Position numbers and translations under genes: made by a program | Assembly (NCBI GenBank): GCA_049521795.1 | Contig: JBEKOM010000002.1 | Span: 128,001 to 192,000 of the forward strand | Direction: 5' to 3' | DNA: 64,000 bases | Source of the DNA: Candidatus Bathyarchaeia archaeon | GTDB taxonomy: Archaea > Thermoproteota > Bathyarchaeia > Bathyarchaeales > Bathycorpusculaceae | Notes under the pieces: model-generated | Seen by the model: only the letters and a program-made list of their open reading frames with translations | Databases searched by the model: none | What the model was told of the DNA's origin: nothing | Part shown: positions 60,057 to 64,000 of the stretch, in pieces | Numbering within the stretch: position 1 is the first letter of the stretch | Layout: every line of letters begins with the position of its first letter

Positions 60057-62021
60057 ATGCTGATTCAAGAGGTGATCCTCGAGAACTTCATGAGTTACGA
60101 GTACGGCAGAGTGCCGTTTAAACCAGGCGTGAATGTTGTCTGTGGACCAAACGGTTCAGGAAAGTCGTCTCTTCTTCTGGCCATTTCCGTGGCTCTAGGG
60201 CAGTCGTACACTGAACGCTCTAGGAAACTGAGCGACCTCATACGTTGGGGCAAAGACCAAGCCCGGGTGACCTTGGTTCTAGATAACACTAGGAGAGGAA
60301 AGAACAGGCCAGTGCCAAGATTTAACAAAGACCAGATTTTTCTCACACGCGTCCTGAGGCGTGACGGAACGTACTGGTTCTCTCTTGAAAACCATGCCGT
60401 CAATAAGAACGACGTTGAAAGACTCTTGGGAAGGTTGGGCGTTGACCCGGACAACATACTCATCATAATGCATCAGAACATGGTTGAACAGTTTACTGTG
60501 CTTTCTACTCAGGAGAAACTGCGAATTGTAGAAGCGGCAGTTGGACTTGAGCCCTATCGTGAAAATGTTTTGCAAGCACAGAAAAAGCTGACTCGAATAC
60601 TAAGTCAGGAAGAGTCTATGAGCAAACTCTTGGAGTCGGCTGAGCAGACATTGAATTACTGGAGAGGGCAATACGATAGGTATCAAGAGAAAAAGCAGTT
60701 ACAGTCGAAAAGAAGGTTCTTAGAAAGAGAGCTAGCGTGGGCCGAAGTTGCAAGAAGGGAAGAAACGGTAAGGCAGCTGGAGGTTGATAGTAGAAAGCAA
60801 CAAGGCATTCTTGACCAGATCGAAGAACAGACAGGGTCGGCAAAGGGTCAGCTGCAGACTCAGGAATATGAGCGTGTGAAGCTGAAGGACGACTGGAGAC
60901 AACTTTTTGACGAACGCCTGAGCTTCGAACGTCAGAAGGCTGGAAACTCGTCGACAGTTCCGCTGTATGAACAACTCTTGAAAGAAACAGCAGCGCTGGA
61001 GATGCTAAGTCAAAACCCTGACAAGGATGCACCTCTTGAAACTGGGCAGGTTTCGAGGAAGACAGTGCAGATCAAACTCCTCAGGAGTGAAGATCTCAAA
61101 GAGTTGATACAGAACTCGAAAGAACACGCCTCAAAATTTGACGCGGAAATAGAAAGAAATGAGATGAAAACGAGGAACTGGGAAGAAGCCACCGAAAAGG
61201 TGAATACTCAAATCTTGAACCTTCGCATCGAATTGGCGCTTCTGCTTTACCGAACAGAAAATGCCACAGTCAACGTGAAAGAACTCGAAAGTTCCCTGCG
61301 TGAGGCGAAAACTCGTCTGGATGAGACAGTGAAGAAGGCTGAGCAGGTCGGAGCCAGAATTGCAGTAATAGAGGAAGTTGGTAAGATCCTCGACGAAATG
61401 CGCGTCACAGAAGGACACTTGGCTGCACTTTCAGATGTCTCAGAAGACATTGAGCGCATGTACGAGTCCTATTCAAAACTCTATCTTGAACTGAAAGAGA
61501 AAGCCCAGCTCGTTGCTGAAAACCGTGAAAAAACACTTGAAGAAGTGAGGACGAGAATGCAGTCTTGGCGAACAGTCATCGGAAACCTTCTGGATCGCGT
61601 CAACTTGGAGTACCAGAAAACCTTAACGCAAGCTCAAGCCGTAGGAGAGGTTAGACTCGCAAACGGCCATGACATAGAGACGGCAGGACTCGAAATTCTC
61701 GTGGGGTTCAAAGGCGGAAAACCAGTCCCTCTTGACGCTTACACGCAGAGCGGTGGAGAAAGAACAACCGCAACGATGAGCTTTCTGCTAGCCCTGCAGC
61801 AACACGTCCGTTCCCCATTTCGCGCCGTCGACGAATACGACATCCACATGGACCCGAAAAACCGTGAACTCGTCGCTCAGATGCTCGTCTCAAGAGTTAA
61901 CGATTCAAACGCACAGTACATCGTGATAACTCCAAGCCAAGTAACGTTTGCAAAAGAAGGAACAAACATAATCACTGTTCAAAACATCGAAGGCAAATCG
62001 ATAATCAGAGAAGTGACGTAA
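60057..62021 (+). CDS. Short SMC-family ATPase, SMC5/6-like (coalescin/Sph-related)
   Basis: LENFMSY, GPNGSGKS, Q-loop MHQN, coiled coil, QSGGER, PFRAVDEYDIHMD, QYIVITP. Confidence 0.9.
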   Translation: MLIQEVILENFMSYEYGRVPFKPGVNVVCGPNGSGKSSLLLAISVALGQSYTERSRKLSDLIRWGKDQARVTLVLDNTRRGKNRPVPRFNKDQIFLTRVLRRDGTYWFSLENHAVNKNDVERLLGRLGVDPDNILIIMHQNMVEQFTVLSTQEKLRIVEAAVGLEPYRENVLQAQKKLTRILSQEESMSKLLESAEQTLNYWRGQYDRYQEKKQLQSKRRFLERELAWAEVARREETVRQLEVDSRKQQGILDQIEEQTGSAKGQLQTQEYERVKLKDDWRQLFDERLSFERQKAGNSSTVPLYEQLLKETAALEMLSQNPDKDAPLETGQVSRKTVQIKLLRSEDLKELIQNSKEHASKFDAEIERNEMKTRNWEEATEKVNTQILNLRIELALLLYRTENATVNVKELESSLREAKTRLDETVKKAEQVGARIAVIEEVGKILDEMRVTEGHLAALSDVSEDIERMYESYSKLYLELKEKAQLVAENREKTLEEVRTRMQSWRTVIGNLLDRVNLEYQKTLTQAQAVGEVRLANGHDIETAGLEILVGFKGGKPVPLDAYTQSGGERTTATMSFLLALQQHVRSPFRAVDEYDIHMDPKNRELVAQMLVSRVNDSNAQYIVITPSQVTFAKEGTNIITVQNIEGKSIIREVT

Positions 62022-62848
62022 TGCAGTCCAGAAAAGCACATGAGAAGCTCGGCAGAGAGAAGCTTCAACGCATCATCGACACCTGCAGGTCCGTCGAAGA
62101 ACGGTCGCTTGACCCGTTCTTGATAGACCTCAAAGAGAACATAAGTACGGTCAGAGAACACTTTCCAGAATGGAAGATCCCAGAAGACCTTTGCCTCGAC
62201 GCTGAAACCATACACCACCTCGCCTCCGTAGTGAAACTTCAAAGCGAGTGGGTCAAACATCGGTCAACCTCACTCTACACAGACCCCTTTGTCTTGGAAG
62301 AAAAACTCAGACGATTAGACAAGGAGGAGATCGTTAGAACCTTTATCAAAGCTTGGCATCCCCTGGTTGAGTGGGAGCAGATATCAATTCACAGCCTAGC
62401 CGAAGCCGTCAGGTACTGGAACAGCTTGGTGCCACTCAGAGAGAGGTGGAAGGAAACCCCCCCGACCGAAGTCGGGTCAGGCTCCGCAACGCGCGAAGAA
62501 CTTGTTCGCGAAAGGATACTGCGAGACAAAGCCTTCTCCGAGGAACTTGAGAACTTCTGGCTTCAACTGAAGAACCTCATTGCCCAGAAGGGTCAGAACG
62601 GAAAGATAAGATACTGGGACTTCATCGGCGCAGAATCCTACGAGGAAACCGTAAACAGAGCTTTCATGACAAGCTTCCTCGTCACATATGGCTATGCCAC
62701 GTTGGAAATTCACCCGTTAGAAGAAGAAATGTACGTTGTACCCTACGAAAAAGCGTTGGTCAAGACGGGAAAGGAACAGCTGGTGTCAATACCCATCTCA
62801 GTTTCAGTGAGTGACTGGCAGAGGTGGAGGCGGGGAGAGCTGAAGTGA
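62021..62848 (+). CDS. Putative kleisin (ScpA/Nse4-like)
   Basis: LDPFLIDL ScpA-like N-terminus; C-terminal wHTH-like AFMTSFLVTYGYATLE; TAATG coupling to the SMC gene. Confidence 0.65.
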   Translation: MQSRKAHEKLGREKLQRIIDTCRSVEERSLDPFLIDLKENISTVREHFPEWKIPEDLCLDAETIHHLASVVKLQSEWVKHRSTSLYTDPFVLEEKLRRLDKEEIVRTFIKAWHPLVEWEQISIHSLAEAVRYWNSLVPLRERWKETPPTEVGSGSATREELVRERILRDKAFSEELENFWLQLKNLIAQKGQNGKIRYWDFIGAESYEETVNRAFMTSFLVTYGYATLEIHPLEEEMYVVPYEKALVKTGKEQLVSIPISVSVSDWQRWRRGELK

Positions 62849-63411
62849 GCAAGAGAAAAGCAACGTACGCCAGCAAACTGAAAAGAGCAACTCACATGCT
62901 CTTCTTCAAACGACACGCAAAACCTGGTGTTAAGGGCTGGGAACTCCGTAAAGCGTTGGGCGCTGATTATCCAAAAGTGTTGAAGATTATGGATGACTAC
63001 TTGAAGGGCCTTGACCTCGAAGTTAAGACAGTGTTCGAAGAAGGAAAGCAAGTTGAAAAGCCGAGTGTCGAACAGCTTGACAAGGCCAGATTTTACGTAG
63101 CGCTGCGTGGGGAATTGGTGCCTAAAGAAGCAAAGATGATAGGGTGGCGGATAGACGACTTTGCAGGACTGGCAGTCGCCATTGCTTATATATTATCAAA
63201 GAAGGGAAAGGTTCCGAGAGATGAGGTTGAAAAACTGCTGCGAGAAAAGATTCCAGGATGGAAAGTGGGCCTCAATGTTGACAGGTACATCAGGTATGGT
63301 TATCTTACGGAAGATGAGAACGGACAGCTTTACTTGGACTGGAGAACCCGCGCAGAAGTCGACCAAAAAGCTTTGATTGATCTTCTTCTTGGAGTTGAAA
63401 CAAAAGCCTAG
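62845..63411 (+). CDS. Putative kite protein (tandem winged helix, Nse1/ScpB-like)
   Basis: Two wHTH-like halves; GYL.E...LYLDWRTRAE; GTGA overlap with the preceding gene. Confidence 0.65.
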   Translation: MSKRKATYASKLKRATHMLFFKRHAKPGVKGWELRKALGADYPKVLKIMDDYLKGLDLEVKTVFEEGKQVEKPSVEQLDKARFYVALRGELVPKEAKMIGWRIDDFAGLAVAIAYILSKKGKVPRDEVEKLLREKIPGWKVGLNVDRYIRYGYLTEDENGQLYLDWRTRAEVDQKALIDLLLGVETKA

Positions 63412-63429
63412 GAGCTTCACGCACTTGGT

Positions 63430-63597
63430 CTATTTTCTTATCTTGTGGTAGATGAAGGCTATTGCATCGATTACGACCAAGGCTGCAAGCGCTAACAGCG
63501 GACTGCCCAGAAACTGGGATGCGAACGACTGATCTGCGGCTCTGACTGTGCCGATGAGAGTAGAAAGAAGTACTGATGCGTATAGACATGTTTTCAA
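63430..63597 (-). CDS. Small membrane protein (55 aa)
   Basis: MKTCLYASVLLSTLIGTVRAADQSFASQFLGSPLLALAALVVIDAIAFIYHKIRK; downstream of nusA. Confidence 0.55.
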   Translation of the reverse strand: MKTCLYASVLLSTLIGTVRAADQSFASQFLGSPLLALAALVVIDAIAFIYHKIRK

Positions 63598-63628
63598 TAG
63601 TCGCCCCACAGTTTCTGCATCTCCTGGG

Positions 63629-64000
63629 CTAAGTTATGCTGACGTTCTGTATGTCGAAGTAGCGTTTTGCCAAGAACCGTAACCTCTCAGCGTTTCTGCC
63701 GTTTTTTCCTATGGCGACGCCTTTGTCCTTCGGGTTGACGGCGACAACGGCTATTGTCTTGCCGTCTGGTCTTTCGGTTATGCGGATTTCTTGGACGGTT
63801 GCCGGTTTCAAAGCGTTCTTGATGAATTGAGCGGGTTCTTCCGCGTACTCGATTATCTCGTGTTTCTTCCCCGTCATTCTTTCTAAAGTGTGGATGTTTC
63901 TTCCGCCTCTGCCTATCGCGACGCCTACCTGGCCCTCGTTGACGACGTAGAGCACGCGGGCTTGTTCTTCGTCGATTATGCAGTCTTTGACGCTGGCGTT
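63629..64000 (-). CDS. nusA: Archaeal NusA-like transcription factor (5' end outside window)
   Basis: KDCIID...AIGRGGRNI...KGVAIGKNGRN, two KH domains; frame open to the window edge. Confidence 0.95.
   Translation of the reverse strand, partial: NASVKDCIIDEEQARVLYVVNEGQVGVAIGRGGRNIHTLERMTGKKHEIIEYAEEPAQFIKNALKPATVQEIRITERPDGKTIAVVAVNPKDKGVAIGKNGRNAERLRFLAKRYFDIQNVSIT

Overview
Archaeal chromosomal segment. Gene content and style point to Bathyarchaeia/TACK (inference): TATA promoters, frequent TTG/GTG starts, archaeal NusA, Rpo5 and thiolase-DUF35 pairs. The left half is accessory. It holds an AT-rich island end, a cluster of secreted cohesin/dockerin proteins, ileS, trxB, an ABC-2 exporter, a secreted metalloprotease, three tRNAs (Ala-CGC, Arg-TCG, Ile-GAT) and many small genes and decayed fragments. 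The right half holds nrdR-nrdD-nrdG, a two-domain eukaryote-like Rpb5/Rpo5, ppa, and two thiolase-DUF35 pairs facing a type III PKS-like gene with Ser in place of the catalytic Cys. It also holds a 4.4-kb island with EVE and HEPN genes that splits grpB, a B12 acyl-CoA mutase operon with isobutyryl-CoA-mutase residues, an SMC5/6-like SMC-kleisin-kite operon, and the 3' part of nusA. Most notable: the SMC5/6-like operon, the full-length Rpb5, the cohesin-dockerin cluster with a shared promoter, the thiolase/PKS cluster, and intergenic (CG)n tracts that sit at gene-fragment junctions. All family calls come from motifs recognised by eye; no searches were run.
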